Shown: positions 47,753 through 57,836 of the stretch, one piece after another | How the letters are laid out: each line of letters begins with the position of its first letter | How positions within the stretch are numbered: the stretch's first letter is position 1 | Assembly (NCBI GenBank): GCA_964589485.1 | Contig: CAZPRK010000003.1 | Location: 62,001 to 120,490, forward strand | Reading direction: 5' to 3' | DNA length: 58,490 nucleotides | Source of the DNA: an uncultured Methanosarcinales archaeon | GTDB lineage: Archaea; Nanobdellota; Nanobdellia; Woesearchaeales; CAYSVS01 | Translations under genes and position numbers: made by a program | Notes under the pieces: generated by a model | What the model saw: only the letters and a program-made list of their open reading frames with translations | Databases searched by the model: none | Told to the model about the DNA's origin: nothing

Positions 47753-47803
47753 TAATTAATAAAACTGCACTACATTTAAATACATTCACATTTTTTAATC
47801 AGT

Positions 47804-48493
47804 ATGGAAGAAAGAGTACAAAAAATCATTGCAAATTCTGGGTATTGTAGTAGAAGAAGAGCTGAAACATTAATAGAAGAAAAAAGAGTTAAAGTAAATA
47901 ATAAGTTAATAACTATAGGAGATAAAGCAGACCCAGAAAAAGATAAAATAACTGTAAATGGAAAATTAATCAAATTAAAAGAAAAAGTATATATTGCATT
48001 ATGGAAACCAAAAAAAGTTGTTTCTACATTATACGATCCTGAAAAAAGAAAAACAGTCAGAGATTTAATTAATAAATTAGATACTAGAGTTTATCCTGTT
48101 GGAAGATTAGATAACATGGCTGAAGGATTACTTTTAATGACAAATGATGGAGATTTTGCAAATAAAATAATGCATCCAAGACATAAAATAAAAAAAATAT
48201 ATTTAGTAAGAGCAAATAGAGAATTGACAAGTGATGATTTTGATAAATTAAAAAAAGGAATGATGATAGATGAAATGAAAGTAAAACCTGACAGATTAGT
48301 TAATCTTGGTGATAGGTTATATGAAATTACTTTACATCAAGGCTTAAATAGGGTAGTAAAAAGGTTATTTGAAAGTCTTGGTTATGGTATATATGCATTA
48401 TTAAGAATTCAAGTTGCAGGAATTAAACTTGAAGGTATAAAAAGAGGTCAATGGAGACATTTAACTAATGAAGAAATAAATTCAATAAATTAA
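47804..48493 (+). CDS. RsuA/RluB-family rRNA pseudouridine synthase
   Basis: S4 domain RVQKIIANSGYCSRRRAE; KP motif; YPVGRLD; EGLLLMTNDG. Confidence 0.93.
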   Translation: MEERVQKIIANSGYCSRRRAETLIEEKRVKVNNKLITIGDKADPEKDKITVNGKLIKLKEKVYIALWKPKKVVSTLYDPEKRKTVRDLINKLDTRVYPVGRLDNMAEGLLLMTNDGDFANKIMHPRHKIKKIYLVRANRELTSDDFDKLKKGMMIDEMKVKPDRLVNLGDRLYEITLHQGLNRVVKRLFESLGYGIYALLRIQVAGIKLEGIKRGQWRHLTNEEINSIN

Positions 48494-48519
48494 TATATTA
48501 GAACTATTTCTTTAGATTT

Positions 48520-49062
48520 ATGATAATTGGAGTTACTGGATATTATGGTTGTGGTAAAACAACTGTTTCTAAGATGTTGAAAGGTTTTGTTGTTAACGTA
48601 GATGAGATAACATATGAAGTTCTTGCACAAGGTACAAATGAATATAATAATGTAGTAAAAGAATTTGGACAGGATATATTAGAAGATGGACACATAAATA
48701 GAACAAAACTTGCAGAAATAGTATTTAATGATGAAAATAAACTTAAAAAATTAGAAAATATAACTCATCCTGTGATTTCTCAAATAGCTAAAGATTTAGT
48801 TGAAAATTGTCATCAAGATTTAATAATTATAGATTGTGCAATTTTAGAAAAATTAAAATTAAATGAAATTTGTGATAATATTATTTTAGTTGAATCTACA
48901 TCTAAAACTATTTCTCAAAGAAGTGATTTAACTCATGAAGAAATTGTAAAAAGAATGAAACATCAAGATTTTGATTCTTTAGAAACAATTAAGATTAAAA
49001 ATAATGGTTCATTAGAAGAACTACAAGAAACTGTAAATTCTTTTTTAGGGAACCTTGTTTAA
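48520..49062 (+). CDS. coaE: Dephospho-CoA kinase (bacterial type)
   Basis: IIGVTGYYGCGKTTV, FG..IL..G.INR..LA..VF.D...LE.ITHP. Confidence 0.88.
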   Translation: MIIGVTGYYGCGKTTVSKMLKGFVVNVDEITYEVLAQGTNEYNNVVKEFGQDILEDGHINRTKLAEIVFNDENKLKKLENITHPVISQIAKDLVENCHQDLIIIDCAILEKLKLNEICDNIILVESTSKTISQRSDLTHEEIVKRMKHQDFDSLETIKIKNNGSLEELQETVNSFLGNLV

Positions 49063-49518
49063 ATGATCTAACATATAATTTTCTCCTTCAACTTTAGGAA
49101 CATCTAAAGGAATATCTTTTGGTTTTTTCTCAGTTTTACCTATATAAAAAGCCTGATCTTTAATTGAAGCTAAAATTGAATCTAAATCTTCAGGTTGAAC
49201 TTGTTTAGGTTTCCATAGAATATCAATTCCGTCATCTTGATTTCTTGCAATAACATCAATGTAAACTCGGTTATGTTTTTGATTGATTACGTTACTAACT
49301 ACAATGTTAGTTCCTTGAGCTTTTAAACCTTCAAACAAAGCAGTTGCAGCATAACTTGCAGCAAAAAACATATGTTGATTTGTTTCTTCATCTAATTGTT
49401 CTAATTCCTTAATTTCTTTTTGAGGAAAAACTTGTAAATGTCCTTCAGTTGTTGGATTTTCAGCTAAGGCAATAAAACAAATTGCATCTTCATAAACTAT
49501 TTTTAGTTTATCTTTCAT
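49045..49518 (-). CDS. Degenerate HIT-family protein
   Basis: IVYED, P.T.GH..V.P, GTNI; the triad region reads RVYIDVIAR. Confidence 0.75.
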   Translation of the reverse strand: MKDKLKIVYEDAICFIALAENPTTEGHLQVFPQKEIKELEQLDEETNQHMFFAASYAATALFEGLKAQGTNIVVSNVINQKHNRVYIDVIARNQDDGIDILWKPKQVQPEDLDSILASIKDQAFYIGKTEKKPKDIPLDVPKVEGENYMLDHLNKVP

Positions 49519-50345
49519 CCAAACAACCTCGCAATATCATCTAAATTACTTTCTTTCTTTTTTTTCGTAGCTTTCTTTTTTGTTACTTTTTTCTTTTTAG
49601 GACTTTTTTGTTCTTTTTTTTTAATATTTTTAAGTTCTTTAGATTCTTCAATTTCAACTTTTTCAGAAAAAGCTTCAATAACATCTTCAACATCTACATT
49701 TACAAATAACGCTTTTAATTGTTCATTTGTAGGAATAACTTTTCTAAATGCATCAGGATTAGTTTTAATTAATTCAACTACTTTTGGATTCTTTTTAATA
49801 ATTTCAATAACTTCTTCCTTTCCTAATGTAGTTGAAGGTACTTGTTGCCCGGGTAAAGGATGTGCAGCTAAAAATTCTCTTAACATTAATGGAAGATTAT
49901 GTTTCAACATTCCTTCTAATTCATCTATTTTTTTAGAATCAACTTTTCCTTTTTTTAATTCAATACCAACGTTATCCCCTTTATCTCTTGGAATAACATG
50001 AACCATAAAATGTCCAGACTGTTGGCCTGCAACTCCGCCATTGGCAATAAAGATACTACTTCCTTCTGAAACTAAAGCTTTTCTTATAGATTTTGACATT
50101 TCATTTACAATTTTAAAAGTATGTTGAAAAACATCTTTAGGAATTAAAGGCATTATTGGATAATGTTCCTTTGGCATAACTAAAGTATGACCTTTATTTG
50201 CAGGATTAATATCTAGAATAGCTAAAACTTTATCATCTTCAAAAACTATTTTAGCAGCAATTTTTCCTTGAACTATTTGACAAAAAGGACATTGTGCTTT
50301 TTGTTCCTCTAAAGCTTTTTTCTGTTCTTCTGTTAACTCAGACAT
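49515..50345 (-). CDS. HIT-family protein with a C-terminal extension
   Basis: CPFCQI, ILDINPANKGHTLVMPKEH, NGGVAGQQSGHFMVHVIPR; Lys-rich tail. Confidence 0.88.
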   Translation of the reverse strand: MSELTEEQKKALEEQKAQCPFCQIVQGKIAAKIVFEDDKVLAILDINPANKGHTLVMPKEHYPIMPLIPKDVFQHTFKIVNEMSKSIRKALVSEGSSIFIANGGVAGQQSGHFMVHVIPRDKGDNVGIELKKGKVDSKKIDELEGMLKHNLPLMLREFLAAHPLPGQQVPSTTLGKEEVIEIIKKNPKVVELIKTNPDAFRKVIPTNEQLKALFVNVDVEDVIEAFSEKVEIEESKELKNIKKKEQKSPKKKKVTKKKATKKKKESNLDDIARLFG

Positions 50346-50418
50346 ATTTTATATTAAATTGATTTATATTATAAAGTTTTTGGATAGGTTTATATTTTAT
50401 TAGTTAATATCTCAAATT

Positions 50419-51057
50419 ATGTACTTACGTAATAGCGAGCATACAACAATTTATGAGTTAGGAAATATAGGTGACTCTCTTCCATCAAGTGAAAGAATTT
50501 TATTCAGTAACAAAGAGTTAAAACCAGCTAAGAAAGATTTTAAAGGTCATGTTAAGTCTTTAGAAAGTTTTATTCAGAATTTATATGGTTTAGCATTTAC
50601 TAAATTTCTTGATACTACAAAGCAAAAAGGTATTACTTATGATATAATAGAAGGACCATTGGAAGGTTTAACGAAAACTACATGTGATATTAGTTTTAAT
50701 TTCCAAGGATTTAATTTTCCTAGAATAGTTAGATTAAAAAGGAACAAAAATGAAATCATTTTAGTTCAATCTATAGTTGATTACTTAAGAAACCCTGCAG
50801 GAAGTGAAACCTTAGTTGAAGCAAAGAAATATTTTCACATCCAAGCTGCATCTCTTGCTTTGATACTTCCTAGAGATCAGTTATCTACATGGATAACTAG
50901 TGAACCTAAGCCAATTAGTGAATATTTGAAAGCAAGACCACATAGTTATGTAATATTTATAGATCAAACTTCTGAACAGTTATTAAAAATGGCTCAAATT
51001 AAACTTAGATATCATAGTAAAAGAAAGAAGGAAATGGAACGTTGGTTAAGAGAATAA
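50419..51057 (+). CDS. Hypothetical protein
   Basis: 212-aa ORF with TTTATA about 25 nt upstream. Confidence 0.65.
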   Translation: MYLRNSEHTTIYELGNIGDSLPSSERILFSNKELKPAKKDFKGHVKSLESFIQNLYGLAFTKFLDTTKQKGITYDIIEGPLEGLTKTTCDISFNFQGFNFPRIVRLKRNKNEIILVQSIVDYLRNPAGSETLVEAKKYFHIQAASLALILPRDQLSTWITSEPKPISEYLKARPHSYVIFIDQTSEQLLKMAQIKLRYHSKRKKEMERWLRE

Positions 51058-51064
51058 AGGAATA

Positions 51065-51409
51065 TTATACTGACTCTAAAATTTTATGAACCTGATAATA
51101 TTCATCTTCCTCGAATTTCTTTAATCCATCAGATTTAAGTCTATATACTAATGGAAGTATATTTTTTTGATAAGGAATATTTCTTAAAATATCCATTTCA
51201 TTATTCTTTTTTCTTTCTTCAGGGTTTAAAGATATGTGTCTACTTTCTGTTATACCATCTTTTTCTAATTCATAAAGAATATGATATAAGTTAAAATGTC
51301 TCTGTTTCTCAGGTAAATCTTTTGCCAAGTTAATTTCTCTTTGAATATATGGTGCAGTTTTCCAAATAATTGTGCTCAAACTATTAACAACTTCTTGCAT
51401 TTTTAACAT
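51065..51409 (-). CDS. Hypothetical protein (probable start MLKMQEVV)
   Basis: Open frame; the track start at 51553 overlaps the opposite-strand gene, while TTTATAAA lies about 25 nt upstream of this ATG. Confidence 0.55.
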   Translation of the reverse strand: MLKMQEVVNSLSTIIWKTAPYIQREINLAKDLPEKQRHFNLYHILYELEKDGITESRHISLNPEERKKNNEMDILRNIPYQKNILPLVYRLKSDGLKKFEEDEYYQVHKILESV

Positions 51410-51492
51410 AAGTTTAGAATATATGAAATCTTTATAAAAATAATTACAAAAAACAATAAGCTTTTTAAACGGAAAGTATCTTCTACCTGAAC

Positions 51493-52701
51493 ATGAACCT
51501 ATTAGAATATAAAGGTAAAAATTTACTAAAAAAAGTAGGAATTTCAGTTCCACCTAGTATTGTAACCAATAATCAAAGTTACATTAATTTATCTTTTCAT
51601 AAAGAGAAATATACTGAATTTTTCTTTCAAAATTTAGATGTTGTAATAAAGGCTCAAGTTATTGGTGGAAAAAGAAAAAAGAATAATCTAATAGTTTCTT
51701 CAAATAGTTACGCAGAATCATTAAAATTTATAGATGAAATGTATAAACAAAAATTCAATGATGCTCTAATTAAAACATTGTTAATTGAAAGAAAATTAAA
51801 TGTTAAGGAAGAATATTTTTTATCTATACAATATCATAATGATCAAATTTTAATCATGTTTTCAAATAAAGGTGGAATTGAAATTGAAGAAATCTCAAAA
51901 GACAATAAACCAATAACATATTATGTTCCTGTTTTAGAAGAATTTAATGATTTTAAAGCAAGAGAAATAGCTACTTTAGCTGGGTTTGAATCTAAACAAA
52001 TGTTACAATTAGCTAACTTCATAAAAAAAGCTTATAATTGTTTTATTAAATTTGATTGTAAAAATTTAGAAATAAATCCAATTATAAAAACAAAAGAAGG
52101 ACTTTTATTTGCAGGAGATGCAAAAATTACTATTGATGATAGCGCTGTATGTAGACAAGATGAATTTAAAGACGTTCTTGATTTAGAAGATACTTCTTTC
52201 TTAAATGATAGAGAATTAGAAGCAAGAAGAATTGATCTTAATGATCATAGAGGAGTTGCAGGAAAAACTTATGTAGATTTTGATGGTGATATTGCAGTTT
52301 TAGCTTCAGGTGGAGGAGCTTCATTAACTTGTATGGATGCAATTATTCAAGCAGGTGGAAAACCAGCAAATTATGTTGAATATAGTGGAAATCCTCCTAA
52401 AGAAAAAGTAAAAAAGTTATCTAAAATTGTTTTAAGTAAACCTGGATTAAAAGGTTGTTTAATTATAGGCGGAAGTGCTAATTTTACAGATATATATGAA
52501 ACACTATCTGGGATAGCTGAAAGTATAAAAGAAGTAAATCCAAAGTATCCTATTGTAATTAGAAGGGATGGTCCTAGAAGAAAGGAAGCTTTTGAAATGA
52601 TGGAAAAGTTTGCTAAAGAAAATAATTTTGATATTACTTTATTTGATGCAACTACGCCAATGACTAAAGCAGTATTACATTTAATGGAGAAATTAAAATG
52701 A
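51493..52701 (+). CDS. Citryl-CoA synthetase large subunit / ATP-citrate lyase beta-like (ATP-grasp)
   Basis: MNLLEYKGK, VIKAQV.GGKR.K, LEINP, DAKI.IDD.A, and citrate-binding type GGGAS and ANYVEYSGNP. Confidence 0.85.
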   Translation: MNLLEYKGKNLLKKVGISVPPSIVTNNQSYINLSFHKEKYTEFFFQNLDVVIKAQVIGGKRKKNNLIVSSNSYAESLKFIDEMYKQKFNDALIKTLLIERKLNVKEEYFLSIQYHNDQILIMFSNKGGIEIEEISKDNKPITYYVPVLEEFNDFKAREIATLAGFESKQMLQLANFIKKAYNCFIKFDCKNLEINPIIKTKEGLLFAGDAKITIDDSAVCRQDEFKDVLDLEDTSFLNDRELEARRIDLNDHRGVAGKTYVDFDGDIAVLASGGGASLTCMDAIIQAGGKPANYVEYSGNPPKEKVKKLSKIVLSKPGLKGCLIIGGSANFTDIYETLSGIAESIKEVNPKYPIVIRRDGPRRKEAFEMMEKFAKENNFDITLFDATTPMTKAVLHLMEKLK

Positions 52702-53576
52702 TTGTTGACAAAAATACTAGAGTTGTAGTCCAAGGGATGACAGGAAAAGAAGGTAGTAGTAGTACTAAGAAAATGTTAGACAATGGTACAAATGTAATTT
52801 GTGGTGTAACTCCAGGAAAAAAAGGTCAAGAAGTACATGGTTTACCTATTTTTAATAGTGTAAAGGAAGCAAAGGAATATGATAAAAAAATAAACACTTC
52901 AGTAATATATGTTCCACCTTTAATGACATATGATGCAGCAATTGAAGCTATTGATGCAGGAATTGAAACTATAGTTGTTATTACAGAAAATGTTCCAATT
53001 AAAGATACTGCAAGGTTAGTTGCAATTTCAAAAGAAAAAAATATAAGATTAATAGGTCCAAGTTCCGTGGGAGTATGGAATAAACATGGAACATTAGGAA
53101 GTATTGATGGAAAAGAAAAATTTTCAGAAGGAAATATAGGAATAATAAGTAAATCAGGTGGAATGTCTTCAGAAACTGCATTAATGTTAACTAACTCAGG
53201 CTTTGGTCAAAGTACAGTTATTGGTATTGGTGGAGATCCTATAATAGGTAATTCTTTTGCTGACTTATTAGAATTATTTGAACAAGATGCAGATACTAAA
53301 GCAGTTGTAATGTTTGGTGAAATAGGAGGCCAATATGAAGAACAAGCAGCTCAATTTGTAAAAGAAAAAAAGTTTACTAAACCATTAATTGCGTTTATCT
53401 CTGGAAAATTCGTTGAAACAGTCTCAAGAAATTTAGCTTTTGGTCATGCTGGAGCAATATTAGACTTTGGTTCTGGTACATGTGATTCAAAGAAAGAATT
53501 ATTAAAAAAATCAGGAGCTCATGTTGCAGATTATCATCATGAAATTATAGATTTAATAAAAAAGGTGTTAAAATGA
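52698..53576 (+). CDS. Citryl-CoA synthetase small subunit (SucD-like)
   Basis: [42 protein letters not shown], phospho-His FGHAGA. Confidence 0.88.
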   Translation: MIVDKNTRVVVQGMTGKEGSSSTKKMLDNGTNVICGVTPGKKGQEVHGLPIFNSVKEAKEYDKKINTSVIYVPPLMTYDAAIEAIDAGIETIVVITENVPIKDTARLVAISKEKNIRLIGPSSVGVWNKHGTLGSIDGKEKFSEGNIGIISKSGGMSSETALMLTNSGFGQSTVIGIGGDPIIGNSFADLLELFEQDADTKAVVMFGEIGGQYEEQAAQFVKEKKFTKPLIAFISGKFVETVSRNLAFGHAGAILDFGSGTCDSKKELLKKSGAHVADYHHEIIDLIKKVLK

Positions 53577-54283
53577 AATTTAAAACTTCAATTAGTAAAA
53601 TTGGTGAAGAGGATTTAGTTATTAGAAATGAAAAATTAAGTAACCTAATGAAAGGCAAATTTTCAGATGCAATATTTTTATTATTATCTGGAAGAAAAGC
53701 TAAAGACGTTGAATCAAAATTATTTGAATCTATGTTAATTAGTGTAATTGATCATGGAATGGGAACTGCATCAAGTTTAACTTCACGTTTTGTAATGTCT
53801 ACAGGTAATTCATTAAACACAGCTGTTGGAGCTGGCGTTTTAGCTTTAGGTGATTTACATGGCGGAGCTTTAGAAAATTCAATGAAACAATTATCTTCAA
53901 TCGATAATGTTAGTGAATTTGTAAATGATTGTGTTGATAATAAAAAAATTATATTTGGTTTTGGTCATAAACATTATAATGAAGATCCAAGAACTAAAAG
54001 AATAATTAAATTATGTAAGGAATTAAAATATAATTCTAAATTTTTAGATATTGCAATAGAAATCGAAAAAGTTCTTGAACAAAAAAAAGGTAAAAAAATA
54101 TGTTTAAATGTAGATGGTGTTATTGCTGCTTTATTATTAGAAATGAATTTTTCTCCTGAAGTAGGAAAAGGTTTTTTCATCATTGCAAGAACTCCAGGAT
54201 TAGTTGCTCAAGCAGTTGAAGAAAAAGCGACTGAAAAACCTGTAAGAAGGGTTGATGAGAAAGATATAGAGTATCTGGGATGA
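53573..54283 (+). CDS. ccl: Citryl-CoA lyase (citrate synthase fold)
   Basis: IDHG, LHGGA, IFGFGH, DPRT, LNVDG, FIIARTPG; short (236 aa); ATGA-coupled to the upstream gene. Confidence 0.88.
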   Translation: MKFKTSISKIGEEDLVIRNEKLSNLMKGKFSDAIFLLLSGRKAKDVESKLFESMLISVIDHGMGTASSLTSRFVMSTGNSLNTAVGAGVLALGDLHGGALENSMKQLSSIDNVSEFVNDCVDNKKIIFGFGHKHYNEDPRTKRIIKLCKELKYNSKFLDIAIEIEKVLEQKKGKKICLNVDGVIAALLLEMNFSPEVGKGFFIIARTPGLVAQAVEEKATEKPVRRVDEKDIEYLG

Positions 54284-54375
54284 AAGGAAATATAACTTGT
54301 CCAGAATGTGAAAATATAAAATCTATTGAAATTAATAAGGTATAATAGTGATATTCAATGTCCTATTGCTGAACC
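54280..54375 (+). pseudogene. Possible decayed small Zn-ribbon (GDCCVxC-like) gene
   Basis: ATGA-coupled MKGNITCPECENIKSIEI, early stop, then SDIQCPI in another frame; the central Cys cluster is missing. Confidence 0.3.
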
Positions 54376-54429
54376 ACAGCAGAAATCTTTTTAAATAATA
54401 ACTTAATTCTTTATATTAGGTGATATAAA

Positions 54430-54666
54430 ATGCCATTCGATCCAGAATTAGATAAAACGGTATATAGTGAAGAAAAAGAGTTTGAAGGAACAAAAGTAAG
54501 CGTTTCAGTAAAACAATACAATGAAGGAGTTAAAAAGATTCAAATTTCTAGAGAAAATTCTAATGCAGAAGGTCAATATAGGTTTGCTAAACTTGGTAGA
54601 TTAACTAAGGAAGAAGCTGAAGCTGTTTTGCCAATGTTACAAAAATCTATTGAAAACATGGATTAA
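54430..54666 (+). CDS. Small conserved protein, probable PC4-like nucleic-acid-binding fold
   Basis: VSVKQYNEG.KKIQISRE...FAKLGRLTKEEAEAV; SD AGGTGA at 54418-54423. Confidence 0.65.
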   Translation: MPFDPELDKTVYSEEKEFEGTKVSVSVKQYNEGVKKIQISRENSNAEGQYRFAKLGRLTKEEAEAVLPMLQKSIENMD

Positions 54667-54719
54667 TTTTTTTCTTCTTTTAAGAAACCTTTTTAAACAT
54701 CAATTTAATTCTTTTTAAA

Positions 54720-57700
54720 ATGAAATATGATGCTCAATTTATAGAAGAAGAAATTATTGAATATTGGGATAAAAACTCTATATACAGTAAAATTAAAGAT
54801 AAAAATTACGGAAAAAAGAAATATTACTTCTTAGATGGCCCTCCATATACTTCTGGAAAGATACATATTGGTCAAGCTTGGAATAAATCCATGAAAGATA
54901 TGGTTTTACGTTATAAAAGAATGTGTGGCTTAGATGTATGGGATAGAGCGGGGTATGACATGCATGGTTTACCTACAGCTCATAAAGTAGAAGCTAAATT
55001 TGGCATTAAAAATAAAGATGAAATTCCTGTATTTGGAGTTGATAAATTTGTTACTGAATGTGAAAACTTAGCTAGAGAAAACATGGAACAAATGAATATT
55101 GATTTTAAAAGACTTGGTGTATGGATGGATTTTAAAAATGCTTATATGCCTATTACTAAAGAATTCATTGAAGGTGAATGGTGGCTTGTAAAGAAAGCTC
55201 ATGAGAAAGAAAGGTTATATGAAGGTAAAAGAACTATGCATTGGTGTTCAACATGTGCAACATCTTTAGCAAAACATGAATTAGAGTATAAAGAAATAAG
55301 AGATAACAGTATTTTTTTAAAATTTAAAATAAAAGGAACTAATGAATTTTTAATTATTTGGACTACAACTCCATGGACAATTCCATTTAATTTAGCTGTA
55401 ATGGTAAATCCAGATTTAGAATATGTAAAAGCTAAGGTTGGAGATGAAGTGTGGATTATCGCGAAAGCTTTAGTTGCTCCTGTTATTCAGACAGTTGCAA
55501 ATAGAACATATGAAGTTTTAGAAGAATTTAATGGAGATCAATTAGAAGGAATACAATATGAACATCCTTTAGCTGATCAAATTAAAGATTTTAAAAAATT
55601 AAAAGAAAAGCATGAAAAGTTACACACAGTTGTACTAAGTAATGAATATGTTGATGTTACTGCAGGAAGCGGTTTAGTTCATTGTGCACCCGGATGTGGA
55701 CCTGAAGATTTTGAAGTTGGATATAGAAATGGTTTACCTGCATATAACGAAATTGATGAATTTGGTATGTTTCCTAACTCTATGGGAAAATTAGGTGGTA
55801 AGTTTGCAAAAAAAGATGATAAATTTTTCATTGAAGAATTAAAAGATAGAAAAGCTTTGATTGAAACAACACAAGTTGATCACGATTATGCTCATTGTTG
55901 GAGATGTAAACAACCTGTTGTATTCAGAACAACTAATCAATGGTTCTTTAAAATTGAAGATTTAAAGGATGAAATGCGGAAATTAAATGAAAGAGTTCAT
56001 TGGGTTCCTGACTGGGCAGGGTCAAGACAATTTGATTCCTGGCTTGATAATTTAAGAGACAATAGTATTACTAGGCAAAGATATTGGGGTTGTCCTGTTC
56101 CAATTTGGAAATGTGATGATTGTAATGAATTCGAAGTATTTGATAAAGTTGAAGATTTAGAAAAATTATCTGGACAAAAAATAGAAAAATTACATAGGCC
56201 ATGGATTGATGAAGTTAAATGGAAATGTAAATGTGGCGGAGAAAAAATTAGAATTCCTGATATATTAGATGTTTGGATAGATGCTGGTACAAATTCATGG
56301 ACATGTTTAGATTATCCTCAAAGAGAAGATTTATTTAATGAATTATTCCCTGCAGATTTTATTTTAGAAGGAAAAGATCAAATTAGAGGTTGGTTTAATT
56401 TACTTTTTGTTGCAAGTATGGTTTCAATGAATGTTCCTAGTTACAAAGCTGTATATATGCATGGTTTTGTTCAAGATTCAGATGGAAGAAAAATGAGTAA
56501 AAGTTTAGGAAACATTATTTCTCCTTATGAAGTAATTGATAAGTATGGAAGCGACACTTTAAGATATTACATGATCAGTGGAGCAAAAGCTGGAATAGAT
56601 ATTAATTATAATTTTGATGACATGAAAGTTAAAAATAGAAATTTAGTTGTACTTTGGAATGTTCATAATTATATAATAAACTATGCTGAAGAAATCCAAG
56701 AAAATCCTTTACAACTTGATGTAAGCATATTAGAAAGTGCATCACTTGAAGAAAAATATATTTTATCTAAATTAGATTCGACTATTTTAAAAGTAACACA
56801 ATTATTTGAAGAATATAAAATTGAAGAAATTCCAGTTCATATTGAAAATTTATATTTAGAATTATCTAGAACTTATATACAATTAATTAGAGATAAAGCA
56901 GTATTAGGAACTGATGAAGAAAAAAAGTTAGTTCTTTATGTAATGTATAATGTTTTAATTGAAACTTTAAAAATATTTTCTACCATAGCTCCATTTATTA
57001 CTGAAAAAATGTATCTTAACTTAAAAGATAAATTCGGAATAGCTGAAGAAAGTATACATCATTTTGATTGGCCTGAAGTTGAAGCAGGAGCAATAAATAA
57101 TACTTTAGAAGATAATTTTGAAATAGCTAAAATGATTATTCAATCATCTTTGGCAGCTAGAGAAAAGGCTAAGTTAGGCTTAAGATGGCCAATTGGTGAA
57201 TTAGTTATTGAAACTTCTTCAGATCAAGTAAATAAAGCTGTAAGGGAAATGTATGAAATTATTAAAACTCAAATTAATACTAAAGAAATAGTTTTAACTG
57301 AAATTGTTGAAGGAGTAAAAGAATTAGTTAAACCTGACTTTGCTAAACTTAAGCCAGACTTTGGAGAAAATTCAGGAAAAGTAATTGCTGCTTTATCAAA
57401 TATTTCTCCTGAAAGTATAATAAAAGCAGTAAGAGAAAACGAAAAATATGAATTAGAAGTTGAAGGTGAAACTTTCAACATAGTCTCTGAACACTTAATA
57501 ATTCAAAAACAAACTCCTGCTAATTTAGAAGGAAGTGAATTTAGACATGGAGTTGTTTATGTAAACACAGATAGAACTGAAGAATTAGATAATGAAGGGT
57601 ATACTAGAGAATTAACTAGAAGGATACAAAATGCAAGAAAAATTTCTGGACTTGAAAAAATGGATAACATCGATTTATGTTTAATAATTCCTAGTGAAAT

Positions 57701-57836
57701 TAAACTAGATGAAGCTATTATTAAAGAAAAATGTGGAGTTAAGAATCTTGAACTTGCTAAATCTAAAGACTATCATACTAAAGTTGAAGAAAAAATAAAA
57801 GAAAAAATGTTTGAAATTTATTTTAGCAAGGACTAA
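54720..57836 (+). CDS. ileS: Isoleucine--tRNA ligase (archaeal type)
   Basis: DGPPYTSG.IHIGQ, GYDMHGLP, IWTTTPWT, GSGLVHCAPG.G.ED, RQRYWG, EGKDQIRGWF, KMSKS. Confidence 0.98.
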   Translation: MKYDAQFIEEEIIEYWDKNSIYSKIKDKNYGKKKYYFLDGPPYTSGKIHIGQAWNKSMKDMVLRYKRMCGLDVWDRAGYDMHGLPTAHKVEAKFGIKNKDEIPVFGVDKFVTECENLARENMEQMNIDFKRLGVWMDFKNAYMPITKEFIEGEWWLVKKAHEKERLYEGKRTMHWCSTCATSLAKHELEYKEIRDNSIFLKFKIKGTNEFLIIWTTTPWTIPFNLAVMVNPDLEYVKAKVGDEVWIIAKALVAPVIQTVANRTYEVLEEFNGDQLEGIQYEHPLADQIKDFKKLKEKHEKLHTVVLSNEYVDVTAGSGLVHCAPGCGPEDFEVGYRNGLPAYNEIDEFGMFPNSMGKLGGKFAKKDDKFFIEELKDRKALIETTQVDHDYAHCWRCKQPVVFRTTNQWFFKIEDLKDEMRKLNERVHWVPDWAGSRQFDSWLDNLRDNSITRQRYWGCPVPIWKCDDCNEFEVFDKVEDLEKLSGQKIEKLHRPWIDEVKWKCKCGGEKIRIPDILDVWIDAGTNSWTCLDYPQREDLFNELFPADFILEGKDQIRGWFNLLFVASMVSMNVPSYKAVYMHGFVQDSDGRKMSKSLGNIISPYEVIDKYGSDTLRYYMISGAKAGIDINYNFDDMKVKNRNLVVLWNVHNYIINYAEEIQENPLQLDVSILESASLEEKYILSKLDSTILKVTQLFEEYKIEEIPVHIENLYLELSRTYIQLIRDKAVLGTDEEKKLVLYVMYNVLIETLKIFSTIAPFITEKMYLNLKDKFGIAEESIHHFDWPEVEAGAINNTLEDNFEIAKMIIQSSLAAREKAKLGLRWPIGELVIETSSDQVNKAVREMYEIIKTQINTKEIVLTEIVEGVKELVKPDFAKLKPDFGENSGKVIAALSNISPESIIKAVRENEKYELEVEGETFNIVSEHLIIQKQTPANLEGSEFRHGVVYVNTDRTEELDNEGYTRELTRRIQNARKISGLEKMDNIDLCLIIPSEIKLDEAIIKEKCGVKNLELAKSKDYHTKVEEKIKEKMFEIYFSKD

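Noticed and set aside
51410..51553. N-terminal extension of the 51065-51553 ORF
   Set aside because: Overlaps the divergent promoter and start of the citryl-CoA synthetase gene; the downstream ATG fits better.
54861..54876. IleRS HIGQ instead of HIGH
   Set aside because: The fourth position varies in archaeal IleRS (e.g. HxGT); not unusual.
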